Assembly: GCA_947570695.1 (NCBI GenBank)
Contig: CANOVB010000001.1
Span: forward strand, 14,553-78,552
DNA length: 64,000 nucleotides
Origin: an uncultured Clostridium sp.
GTDB lineage: Bacteria; Bacillota; Clostridia; TANB77; CAG-508
Reading direction: 5' to 3'
In this document: piece after piece, positions 29,960-38,038 of the stretch
Numbering within the stretch: the first letter of the stretch is position 1
Layout of the letters: each line of letters opens with the position of its first letter
Translations under genes and position numbers: made by a program
Notes under the pieces: generated by a model
Told to the model about the DNA's origin: nothing
The model's input: only the letters and a program-made list of their open reading frames with translations
Database searches by the model: none

Positions 29960-30059
29960 TTATAATATAGTGATTGTTCAATAGAGTTAAATTGATAGAA
30001 AAAAAGTGATACAATTTCTTGCGAATAATTAAATAAAGGAGAAATAGTATTATTAGGTT

Positions 30060-30575
30060 ATGTCGGATATAAAAAAGAATGAAAGAAAAGAGTCAAAACT
30101 ACAAACAATTCATAATGCATATATGATAAGGCAGGCTGTAACTAATTTAGCAGAAAACAATTTTTATATAACATTTTCTAAAATAGAAGATAGAATAAAT
30201 AACAGAATAAAAGAATTACCTGAAGAAGAACAAAAAAGAGTTAAAGACAATATGTATAAATTTTACCGTAGTCAAATAAATAGACTAACAGATAATGTTA
30301 TAGAACTTGCAACAGGAATAAGTAGGCATTTAAGAATTGCAAACACAATATTTCCAACATATATGTCTGAATTTGAAGAACGAAGATTGGAAATGGATAG
30401 AGCAATGGCCTGCTGTAATGCTCTTCAAGATGAATTGCAATATGCTGGAGAATGTTTATATGCAGATCTTAATAAGTATATGAATCTAGTATTAGAAATT
30501 CAAAAAGAATTTAATATGATAAAATCACTCCGACAAACTGACAATAGGTTCTTAAAAAATATAAAAAATAATTAG
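30060..30575 (+). CDS. avd: Accessory variability determinant (Avd)-like protein
   Basis: 171-aa helical basic protein between VR and TR, the canonical DGR position. Confidence 0.55.
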   Translation: MSDIKKNERKESKLQTIHNAYMIRQAVTNLAENNFYITFSKIEDRINNRIKELPEEEQKRVKDNMYKFYRSQINRLTDNVIELATGISRHLRIANTIFPTYMSEFEERRLEMDRAMACCNALQDELQYAGECLYADLNKYMNLVLEIQKEFNMIKSLRQTDNRFLKNIKNN

Positions 30576-30590
30576 TGGGTAATCTTTGAA

Positions 30591-30684
30591 TGTGGTTTCT
30601 TCTTCGAACTTCGCTAATGTGAACAACAACGGTAATGCGAGCAACAACAGTGCTTCGAACGCTAACGGCGTGCGTCCTGATTTC
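30591..30684 (+). repeat. DGR template repeat (TR), rich in in-frame AAC codons
   Basis: ...AACTTCGCTAATGTGAACAACAACGGTAATGCGAGCAACAACAGTGCTTCGAACGCTAACGGC... Confidence 0.85.
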
Positions 30685-30779
30685 ACAACCATTCAATAAT
30701 AAGTGGACTAAGTTTCTACAGGTATGGCAATGGGAAAAGGAAAGGAAAGATTATCCCTTCAATTTGTGAAAATTGATAA

Positions 30780-31964
30780 ATGCTAATCATTATGTATTTG
30801 GATAAGTCCAGTAATACTATTAAAGTGATTTTTATGAATATTTTTTATGATGCTAACAAAATATATGAAGCTGGAACAAAAGCAATTAATAGTGCATCTT
30901 TCAAATATCAAACACAACTTTTTGAAACAAATCACTTATTAGAAACAGCAATGCTTTTAAAGGATTTGAAAGAATGGAAGTATAAACCAACAAAAGGAAG
31001 AAAGTTTGTTATAAAAGAAAGAGGCAAAATAAGAAATATAACAACAAATGGAATGATTGACAAAACAATAAATCATTTGATTTGTGATGAAATTTTAAGT
31101 CCAGCTATTTCTCCTTATTTAATATATGATAATGGAGCAAGTCAAAAGAATAAAGGGGTAGGATTCCACAGAAAAAGATTAGAAGTACATTTACATCAAT
31201 ATTATAGAAAATATAAAAGTAATGATGGATATGTATTATTAATAGATTTTAGTGGATATTATGCAAGTATTCCTCATAACTTATGCTTAAAAAATATACA
31301 ATCATTTTTAAAGAATGTAGATCCAGGAGAAGCACAAATTACATTATGGATTTTAAAAAATATATTTGAAGTGTTTAATATAGATAATAAAAATGGAAGA
31401 GGAGTGGATATAGGCAGTCAGCCATCACAAAACATAGGTATTTCTTATCCAACAAAAATAGACAATTATATAAAAATTGTAAAAGGTATTAAATACTATG
31501 GAAGATATACAGATGATATGTATATAATTCATAGAGACAAAGACTTTTTGAAACAATTATTAAAAGAAATAAAAGAAATCGCAGATAATCTAGGATTAAT
31601 AATTAATCCTAAAAAAACACATCTATGTAAATTATCTCAACCATTTAGAGTTTTACAATTACAATATAAATTAACGGAAACAGGTCGAGTAGTTAGAAAA
31701 ATACATCCAAAGGCAATTACTAGAGAAAGAAGAAAACTAAAAGCCTATAAAAGATTACTTAATAATAATAGACTAAAATATGAAGAAATTGAGAACATAT
31801 TTAAAAGCTGGATGACAGCAAATTATAAAAATATGTCAATGAAGCAAATAGAAAATATGTCTCAATTATATTATGATTTATTTAAGGAGGTACCAAGATG
31901 GAAAAATCAAGGGTATGGAAAATTACGCTATCTGATGGAACACAAATTAAAAACCTTAGACTGA
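30780..31964 (+). CDS. DGR reverse transcriptase; true start probably the internal Met near 30837
   Basis: Motif 4 DIGSQPSQ (the DGR-specific SQ motif); motif 5 YGRYTDDMYII. Confidence 0.85.
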   Translation: MLIIMYLDKSSNTIKVIFMNIFYDANKIYEAGTKAINSASFKYQTQLFETNHLLETAMLLKDLKEWKYKPTKGRKFVIKERGKIRNITTNGMIDKTINHLICDEILSPAISPYLIYDNGASQKNKGVGFHRKRLEVHLHQYYRKYKSNDGYVLLIDFSGYYASIPHNLCLKNIQSFLKNVDPGEAQITLWILKNIFEVFNIDNKNGRGVDIGSQPSQNIGISYPTKIDNYIKIVKGIKYYGRYTDDMYIIHRDKDFLKQLLKEIKEIADNLGLIINPKKTHLCKLSQPFRVLQLQYKLTETGRVVRKIHPKAITRERRKLKAYKRLLNNNRLKYEEIENIFKSWMTANYKNMSMKQIENMSQLYYDLFKEVPRWKNQGYGKLRYLMEHKLKTLD

Positions 31965-32230
31965 ATGGAAACAACTATGTATCAGAGACAAAACTTACTG
32001 AAGATGATTTCAAGGGGAAATTATCTAAGGTTACAATAGAAGGATCAGAAGATGGCCAAGAAATAAAACAAGAATATGAACATATGGAATTAGTACAAAT
32101 AGTTCATTATGAGGATGGTTACTATTTTGTATTAAGAGAATTATCTGAAGCAGAATTAAAAGAAAGAAAAATGCAAGGCGATATAGAGTATTTAGCAATG
32201 ATGACAGACATTGATTTAGAGGAGGCTTAA
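31898..32230 (+). CDS. XkdW-like phage protein (110 aa)
   Basis: RBS AGGAGG 7 nt before the ATG. Overlaps the RT 3' end in another frame. Precedes the XkdX-like gene. Confidence 0.45.
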   Translation: MEKSRVWKITLSDGTQIKNLRLNGNNYVSETKLTEDDFKGKLSKVTIEGSEDGQEIKQEYEHMELVQIVHYEDGYYFVLRELSEAELKERKMQGDIEYLAMMTDIDLEEA

Positions 32231-32232
32231 TT

Positions 32233-32367
32233 ATGAGTAAAAATTTTGAAAAAGTAAAAAATTATTATGATAATGGAATATGGAACAAAGCAAGAATCTA
32301 TAATGCTGTTGGCAAATGGATAACAGAAGAAGAGTACAAAGAAATAACTGGAGAAGATTACGAATAA
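32233..32367 (+). CDS. XkdX-family small phage protein (44 aa)
   Basis: MSKNFEKVKNYYDNGIWNKARIYNAVGKWITEEEYKEITGE matches the XkdX family pattern. Confidence 0.55.
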   Translation: MSKNFEKVKNYYDNGIWNKARIYNAVGKWITEEEYKEITGEDYE

Positions 32368-32392
32368 ACGCTTAACAGGCGTTATTTTTTTG
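32366..32392 (+). terminator. Rho-independent terminator AACGCTTAACAGGCGTT plus T8
   Basis: Hairpin plus T-run. Confidence 0.55.
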
Positions 32393-32422
32393 GACTAAAA
32401 TACAAAGAAAGGAGTCTTTACT

Positions 32423-32668
32423 ATGGAACAAGGTTTTGAAACTGAAGTATTAACAAGATTAACTAAAATTGAAACAAAACTTGATGATTATAAATCAGTA
32501 AAAGATAAGTCTGATGAAGCTTACAATTTATCTAAAGAAAACGAAAAAGAAATCAATGAAATAAACGAAAAATTAAAGTGGATTACCAGGACAGTTGCAG
32601 CAGCAGTTATTACTGGAATAATTGGAATAGGGATTGCTTTATTAAAAAGTGGAATGGGAGTAAACTAG
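32423..32668 (+). CDS. XhlA-like hemolysin/holin-associated protein
   Basis: Coiled-coil N-terminus plus C-terminal TM; position before the holin. Confidence 0.5.
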   Translation: MEQGFETEVLTRLTKIETKLDDYKSVKDKSDEAYNLSKENEKEINEINEKLKWITRTVAAAVITGIIGIGIALLKSGMGVN

Positions 32669-32680
32669 AAAGGAGTCGTT

Positions 32681-32893
32681 ATGAAACAAGCGTGGAATGA
32701 TTTAAAAAGTTTTGTTACAGTCGCAGTTACTTTGACATTAGTAGCACTTATAATAATAATGGCCATACAAGGAAACTGGGACATATTTCAAATAGTATTT
32801 ACTCTTTTTAGTTCCATAACATCATCAGTATTTACATATTATTTCACTAAAAAGAGCGAAAGTAAGACAACAAATGATACCACCCAGGAATAA
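32681..32893 (+). CDS. Holin (70 aa, 2 TM)
   Basis: Small two-TM protein with a charged C-terminus, upstream of the endolysin. Confidence 0.55.
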   Translation: MKQAWNDLKSFVTVAVTLTLVALIIIMAIQGNWDIFQIVFTLFSSITSSVFTYYFTKKSESKTTNDTTQE

Positions 32894-32931
32894 AAAACGG
32901 CTTAAAACGCAACGTCGCAAGCCGTTTTTTT
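32893..32931 (+). terminator. Rho-independent terminator AACGGCTT...AAGCCGTT plus T7
   Basis: Hairpin plus T-run. Confidence 0.55.
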
Positions 32932-32933
32932 CA

Positions 32934-32956
32934 ATATCAGAATAAAATTCTGATAT
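32934..32956. promoter_or_regulatory. 23-bp palindrome ATATCAGAAT-AAA-ATTCTGATAT
   Basis: Perfect 10-bp arms. Confidence 0.4.
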
Positions 32957-32963
32957 TTATATA

Positions 32964-32998
32964 AAACAGGAAGAAAAATTAAAAATCTTCCTGTTTTT
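32964..32998 (+). terminator. Hairpin AAACAGGAAG...CTTCCTGTTT plus TT
   Basis: 10-bp stem. Confidence 0.4.
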
Positions 32999-33100
32999 AA
33001 TTTTATAAAGAAAGGAGCGATTTTTTATGGAAGAAGAAATCGAATTAACTGAAGAAATGAAACAGGAATTAACAAATGGAAAGGAAGAAGGTGAAGAATA

Positions 33101-34105
33101 ATGGGAACAATGTCAAATTTAGCACAAGGTGCTTATATTGCTCATTCAAATAATTATCAAAAAGGAAGAAATGGGTATAAAGTTTGTAAATTTACTCCTC
33201 ATATTATGGCAGGAATTTTAACAGGAAAACAATGTGCAGTTAATATTTTTCAAAAACCTAATAGAATTGCATCAGCTAACTATTGTATAGGTAATGATGG
33301 AGATTTAGTATGTAATGTTTATGAAGAAGATAGGGCATATACATCAAGTTCAAGATTAAATGATTGTCAAGCAATTACAGTTGAAGTTTCTAATTGTGAA
33401 ATTGGTGGGGATTGGAAAATTTCAGATGCTGCGTGGAACACTTTAGTTAAATTAGCAGTTGATGTATGTAGAAGATATAATTTTAGACTAGTTTATGATG
33501 GAACACCTAATGGAAGTTTAACAAGGCACAATATGTTTGCTAATACATCTTGTCCTGGTAAATATCTACAAAGCAGATTTCAAGAACTAGCAGATACAGT
33601 AAATGCACAATTAGATGGAAATGTAGCATCTACACCTTCAGCAACATCCTCTAAAAAATCAAACGAACAAATTGCTGATGAAGTAATTGCAGGAAAATGG
33701 GGAAATGGATCTGATAGATTCAGTAGGCTAACACAAGCAGGTTATGATGGAAATGCTATTCAAAATATTGTAAATCAAAAATTAAGTGGCTCATCTTCAG
33801 TACCAAAACAAACACAAAAATCAAACGAAACCATTGCACAAGAAGTAATTAATGGTGCTTGGGGTAATGGAGAAGATCGTAAGAATAAGTTAATTGCTGC
33901 AGGATATGATTACAATACAATTCAATCAATTGTTAATCAAAAACTTGGAGCAACAACTGTCACAAATAAAAAATCAAATGAAACAATAGCAAATGAAGTT
34001 ATACAAGGAAAATGGGGTAATGGCCAAGATAGAGTAAATAAATTAAAATCTGCAGGTTATGATTATAATGCTATACAAGCTATTGTAAATAAAAAATTAA
34101 AATAA
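33101..34105 (+). CDS. Endolysin: N-acetylmuramoyl-L-alanine amidase (Amidase_2/PGRP-like) plus three CW_7 cell-wall-binding repeats
   Basis: Catalytic domain ends ...RHNMFANTSCPGKYL. Three repeats of about 48 aa at roughly 33659-34093, consensus SNExIAxEVIxGKWGNGxDRxxxLxxAGYDxNxIQxIVNQKL. Confidence 0.8.
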   Translation: MGTMSNLAQGAYIAHSNNYQKGRNGYKVCKFTPHIMAGILTGKQCAVNIFQKPNRIASANYCIGNDGDLVCNVYEEDRAYTSSSRLNDCQAITVEVSNCEIGGDWKISDAAWNTLVKLAVDVCRRYNFRLVYDGTPNGSLTRHNMFANTSCPGKYLQSRFQELADTVNAQLDGNVASTPSATSSKKSNEQIADEVIAGKWGNGSDRFSRLTQAGYDGNAIQNIVNQKLSGSSSVPKQTQKSNETIAQEVINGAWGNGEDRKNKLIAAGYDYNTIQSIVNQKLGATTVTNKKSNETIANEVIQGKWGNGQDRVNKLKSAGYDYNAIQAIVNKKLK

Positions 34106-34108
34106 TAT

Positions 34109-34133
34109 AAAAGGGAGATTTTATCTCCCTTAT
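34109..34133. terminator. Bidirectional terminator AAGGGAGAT-TTT-ATCTCCCTT
   Basis: Lies between convergent genes. Confidence 0.55.
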
Positions 34134-34552
34134 TGTATATTTTTCAAATTTTGTTGTATAGTATATAATATATCAAATGCTTCTTTGCAAGTTGTATTAT
34201 CTAAATTAATGTTTCGTATTTTATTAATAATTTGCTCATAAGAAGTATGTTGATTAGAAGATGTTTGATTAGATACAACTTCAAATTTTATCTTATGTTC
34301 TGTTAATAGATTTGTGTATTTTTCAAGTGTAGCGACAGGAAAACCACATTTAATTATTTCAGGACTTAAGTCAGTTAGTTTTAGGCCAATTTCTTTTGAA
34401 ACTAGTCTTGCATCTTCGTTTAATATATTATAAAAAATACCAACTTTAAAAATATATATTTTTTTAGGATCTTTTTTCTTTAGTTCCTCATATTGCTTTA
34501 GAAGTTTGCTCAATTTTCTTAACCTTCTTTCTAATGGATTTTTTTCTGACAA
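34130..34552 (-). CDS. Hypothetical protein (140 aa), no internal Met; would need the TTG start at 34552
   Basis: ORF track; GGAG 6 nt upstream of the TTG. Confidence 0.35.
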   Translation of the reverse strand: MSEKNPLERRLRKLSKLLKQYEELKKKDPKKIYIFKVGIFYNILNEDARLVSKEIGLKLTDLSPEIIKCGFPVATLEKYTNLLTEHKIKFEVVSNQTSSNQHTSYEQIINKIRNINLDNTTCKEAFDILYTIQQNLKNIQ

Positions 34553-34737
34553 TAATATCTCCAGGTTCGCAGTCTAAAATTTTACACATTTTTTATAATG
34601 TTTCAAATTTAATTCCAGTAGTAGTATTGTCCATTAAATGAGATAATGATTGGTAACCTCCTTCCATATTTTTAATAAACCAATATTTCGATTTCTTTTT
34701 TTCTTTTAAAATTTCATTTACTCGTACATATATCATT
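34500..34737 (-). pseudogene. XRE-family HTH regulator (Cro/cI-like) interrupted by an in-frame TAA at 34593-34595
   Basis: MIYVRVNEILKEKKKSKYWFIKNMEGGYQSLSHLMDNTTTGIKFETL then stop then KMCKILDCEPGDIIVRKK... is a continuous HTH_XRE pattern. Confidence 0.45.
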
Positions 34738-34891
34738 TTCTCACCTCACTTTCATTATAGATATTGTAAACCAAACTATAATTTATTTTAACTACAATAC
34801 ATTTCAGTTTAATACATAATACCTAATTTACAAAATAGGTATAAAATGATATAATAACACTAGCAATAAAAAACAAAAGAGGTGTTATTGT

Positions 34892-35050
34892 ATGAGCAAA
34901 AATATTATTGATTCATTAGATAATATAAATAAACTTATAGAAGAAGAAAAGTATCAAGAGGCCATAAATTACATAGAAAAAACAAAAGCAGAAATAAAAA
35001 CAAAAGATGCATCTAATTATATGGAAGATCTAATAAATGATTTAAAGTAG
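34892..35050 (+). CDS. Small protein (52 aa)
   Basis: RBS AAGAGGTG 8 nt before the ATG. Confidence 0.35.
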   Translation: MSKNIIDSLDNINKLIEEEKYQEAINYIEKTKAEIKTKDASNYMEDLINDLK

Positions 35051-35222
35051 AAAAAAGTGGAAAAAAGTAGAATTTTGTAGAAAAATGTCGAGCCTTGAAA
35101 ACTACTTATGATAAGGAATATCTATGTCAATACCTAACACGCAGTATAGTTATTTTAAATTACATAATATGGTATAATATAAACAGAGATATCTCCAAAT
35201 TAAATTCATAAGGAGGTTCAAT

Positions 35223-35399
35223 ATGGAATTAAATATATTAGATAAAGTATTGTTACATATATTCAAAAGATATTCATATAAGATATATAGGCGTGGGGTA
35301 CAAGATGGATTTAATTGGAATGGGGATCTTCCCACTTTCCCACTTTTTTCCCACTCTAGTTCAAAATAGTTAAGCATTGATTAAAAATGAAAAAAGTTG
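35223..35399 (+). CDS. Small ORF (58 aa)
   Basis: RBS AAGGAGGT. Contains a TCCCACTT x3 nucleotide repeat. Confidence 0.3.
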
Positions 35400-35520
35400 A
35401 AAGTATTGAAATATAAGCATTTTAAAAATGTTTGAAAATATTTGAAAATGTTAAGCAAGAACAGTAGGTTCAGGTGTTGTATCTGACATACTTGCTTAAT
35501 AATTTTTAAAAAAATTATAT

Positions 35521-35556
35521 AAAGACTTTCTAAATTTTTTAGAAAGTCTTTTTTAT
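35521..35556. terminator. Perfect hairpin AAAGACTTTCTAAA-TTTT-TTAGAAAGTCTTT plus T4
   Basis: 14-bp stem. Confidence 0.55.
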
Positions 35557-35557
35557 T

Positions 35558-35585
35558 TGACAAAGTTTATAGAGTATAATATTAT
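35558..35585 (+). promoter_or_regulatory. SigA-type promoter: TTGACA, 16-nt spacer, TATTAT
   Basis: Consensus -35, near-consensus -10; about 50 nt before the GT2 gene. Confidence 0.5.
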
Positions 35586-35632
35586 ATATGCGATAACTAA
35601 ATGCAAAACAATAGTTGAAAGGATAATAAAAA

Positions 35633-36231
35633 TGAGGTTTTCTATAATAATACCAGTTTATAATGCAGAAGAAAGAATTGAAAAATCTTTAAAAATTATT
35701 GCATCACAAACATTTAAAGATTATGAATTGATATGTATATGTGATAGCTGTAAAGATAATTCAGCAGAAATATGTAAAAAATATGGTGCAAAAGTACTAG
35801 AAGTCGAGTTTCATAATGATGGTTTATCAAGGTCAGCTGGATTGGATATAGCAAAAGGAGATTGGATATTATTTTTAGATGATGATGATTGGTGGTTACA
35901 TGAAATAGTATTAGAGAGTATTGATAGAAAAATAAACTTTGCTGGAGAGGAAAATCTTGATATTTTATGTTTTAGTTTTTATTGGAATGGGATAGGATAT
36001 AAAGAGCCAATGTCAAATAATGGAAACTTATTTCCAAACGTATGGTCAAAATGTTGGAAGAGATCTTTTATAGGAGATACAAGATTCCCAGAAATTCATT
36101 CTATAAGTGATTCAAAATTTGTAGAGGCTGTTTTTGCAAAAAAACCTAAAATATGCATATGGGATAATCTTATTTATTTTTATAATTATATGAGACCTGG
36201 GTCAATTACTGAAATTGATTCAAGAAATTAG
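35633..36231 (+). CDS. Family 2 glycosyltransferase
   Basis: MRFSIIIPVYNAEE...DDDDWW. Confidence 0.7.
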
Positions 36232-36254
36232 AATATAGAATAATTTTGTAAATC

Positions 36255-36314
36255 GAAATAATTAAGAAATTGAAGTAAAATAATTAAGAAGTTAAAATAA
36301 TTAGAATAATTGAA
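36255..36314. repeat. Three tandem ~20-bp AT-rich direct repeats (AAATAATTAAGAARTTRAAG)
   Basis: 36255-36274, 36275-36294, 36295-36314. Confidence 0.4.
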
Positions 36315-36534
36315 CTAATTTAAAATAAAATTTAAATAAATTATTAAAATATCATATTTACAAGTATGAAGTTTTTGTATAGAATATAAACATTGTTAGA
36401 AAAATAGGATTAATAAAAGTATTATTGACTTAGTGGTCAAATTATAATAAAAGTATTGATTTTTTTTATTAAAGCACATAAAATAATAATGTCTAAATAA
36501 TAGTTTTAATAAATTTTTTAGGGGGTATATACTT

Positions 36535-37554
36535 TTGAAAATATTATTAGATGCAATGGGTGGAGATAATGCACCAGATGCAGTAATTAAAGGCGCAATA
36601 AGAGCTGCAAAAGAAATAGAATCAGAAATTGTTTTAGTAGGAAATGAGCAAATAATAAATTCTAAAATAAAAGAGTTTTATGGCAAAGAAAAAATTTCTG
36701 ATATTACAAGTAAAATTACAATAAAGCATACTACAGAACAAATTGAAATGGAAGATACTCCTACTGTTGCAATAAAACAAAAAAAAGACTCTTCAATGGT
36801 AGTTGGATTTAAAATGCTAAAGGAAGATGAAGGAGATGTATTTATATCAGCAGGAAATTCAGGAGCATTATTAACTGGAGCTACTCTTTTAGTTGGAAGA
36901 ATTAAAGGAATTGACAGACCAGCAATAGCACCAATGTTACCAGCATACAAAAAGAGTTTTATGCTTATGGATGCTGGAGCTAATACAAATTGCAAGCCAT
37001 TGAATTTAATTCAATTTGCTCAGATGTCAACAATATATTTAAAAAATACATTTAATATTGAAAATCCTAAAGTTGGACTTTTAAATATAGGAACAGAAGA
37101 AACAAAAGGAAATGATTTAGTAAAAGAAACATATAATTTATTAAAAGAACATAGTAAAGAATATGGAGTTAACTTTGTTGGGAATGTAGAAGGCAGAGAT
37201 TGCTTTTCTGGTGAGGTTGATAGTGTTATTACAGATGGATTTACAGGAAATGTATTTTTAAAAACAACAGAAGGTATTGGAAAATTAGTAAAAAGAAATT
37301 TGACAGAAAGTTTAAAAAGAAACATTTTAACTACTTTAGGGGCAATACCATGTCTACCAGCAATTAAAAGATTTTCTAAAACCATGGATTATAAGGAATA
37401 TGGTGGAGCATTATTTTTAGGAGTAAAAAAACCAGTTGTAAAAGCACATGGTAGTAGTGATGAATATTTGTTTTATTTTACTCTGAAACAAGCTGAAAAT
37501 TTTGTAAAAAGCAAAGCAGTTGAGAAAATGAAAGAAGAATTTGAAAAAAGATAA
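36535..37554 (+). CDS. plsX: Phosphate acyltransferase PlsX
   Basis: MKILLDAMGGDNAP... full-length similarity. TTG start. Confidence 0.9.
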   Translation: MKILLDAMGGDNAPDAVIKGAIRAAKEIESEIVLVGNEQIINSKIKEFYGKEKISDITSKITIKHTTEQIEMEDTPTVAIKQKKDSSMVVGFKMLKEDEGDVFISAGNSGALLTGATLLVGRIKGIDRPAIAPMLPAYKKSFMLMDAGANTNCKPLNLIQFAQMSTIYLKNTFNIENPKVGLLNIGTEETKGNDLVKETYNLLKEHSKEYGVNFVGNVEGRDCFSGEVDSVITDGFTGNVFLKTTEGIGKLVKRNLTESLKRNILTTLGAIPCLPAIKRFSKTMDYKEYGGALFLGVKKPVVKAHGSSDEYLFYFTLKQAENFVKSKAVEKMKEEFEKR

Positions 37555-37635
37555 AAAAGACTTGACAATTTAGTAAACATATAATAAAACTAAAATATAA
37601 ATTTTTTGTGAATAAAAAAGGGAGGTATAATATAT

Positions 37636-37875
37636 ATGAATACAGAGGAAGTTTTTGAAAAAGTAAAAGCTATAATTGTAGAACAACTTGGAGTAGCTGA
37701 AGCCTCAGTAACAATGGAAGCATCTTTTATAGATGACTTAGGAGCTGATTCTTTAGATATAGTTGAATTAGTTATGGCTTTAGAAGAAGAATTCGATATG
37801 GAAATTCCAGATTCAGATGCAGAAAAAGTAGTATCTGTTGGAGATGTAGTAGAATATATAAAAGAAAATGTATAA
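37636..37875 (+). CDS. acpP: Acyl carrier protein
   Basis: [20 protein letters not shown]. Confidence 0.9.
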   Translation: MNTEEVFEKVKAIIVEQLGVAEASVTMEASFIDDLGADSLDIVELVMALEEEFDMEIPDSDAEKVVSVGDVVEYIKENV

Positions 37876-37919
37876 TAAAAATTATATATTAGAAAAGTTA
37901 TGGTTTCTAATAAATGGAT

Positions 37920-37947
37920 TGAAAGGTTTAAAACCTTTCTTTTTTTA
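37920..37947 (+). terminator. acpP terminator GAAAGGTTTAAAACCTTTC plus T7
   Basis: Hairpin plus T-run. Confidence 0.6.
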
Positions 37948-38038
37948 TTTCAACTAAGTGTCATTTATATGTTTTTTTATTTAAACTACTTGTAAATATT
38001 GGTAAAACAAGATAAAATGTATCTAGTGAACTTAGGAG

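Larger units (their letters stand above)
1..34135 (+). mobile_element. Partial prophage (siphovirus-like, temperate). Replication, packaging, head, tail, DGR and lysis modules; left end is outside the window.
   Basis: Contiguous co-oriented phage genes: primase, terminase small/large, portal, capsid, tape measure, holin/endolysin. Lysis module ends at 34105 with a bidirectional terminator. Confidence 0.85.

Noticed and set aside
29820-30700. Two about 100-bp GC-rich islands (about 60% GC) in a roughly 28% GC genome; considered as rRNA or horizontally acquired fragments or a CRISPR-like repeat pair
   Set aside because: They are protein-coding-phase homologs (VR and TR) with adenine-specific differences, fully explained by the DGR. 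There are only two copies, no spacer regularity and no cas genes.
1-34135. Looked for integrase, excisionase, cI/Cro switch and att sites to delimit the prophage
   Set aside because: None are present in the window; the early-left arm is upstream of position 1. Only candidate right-end repeats could be noted.
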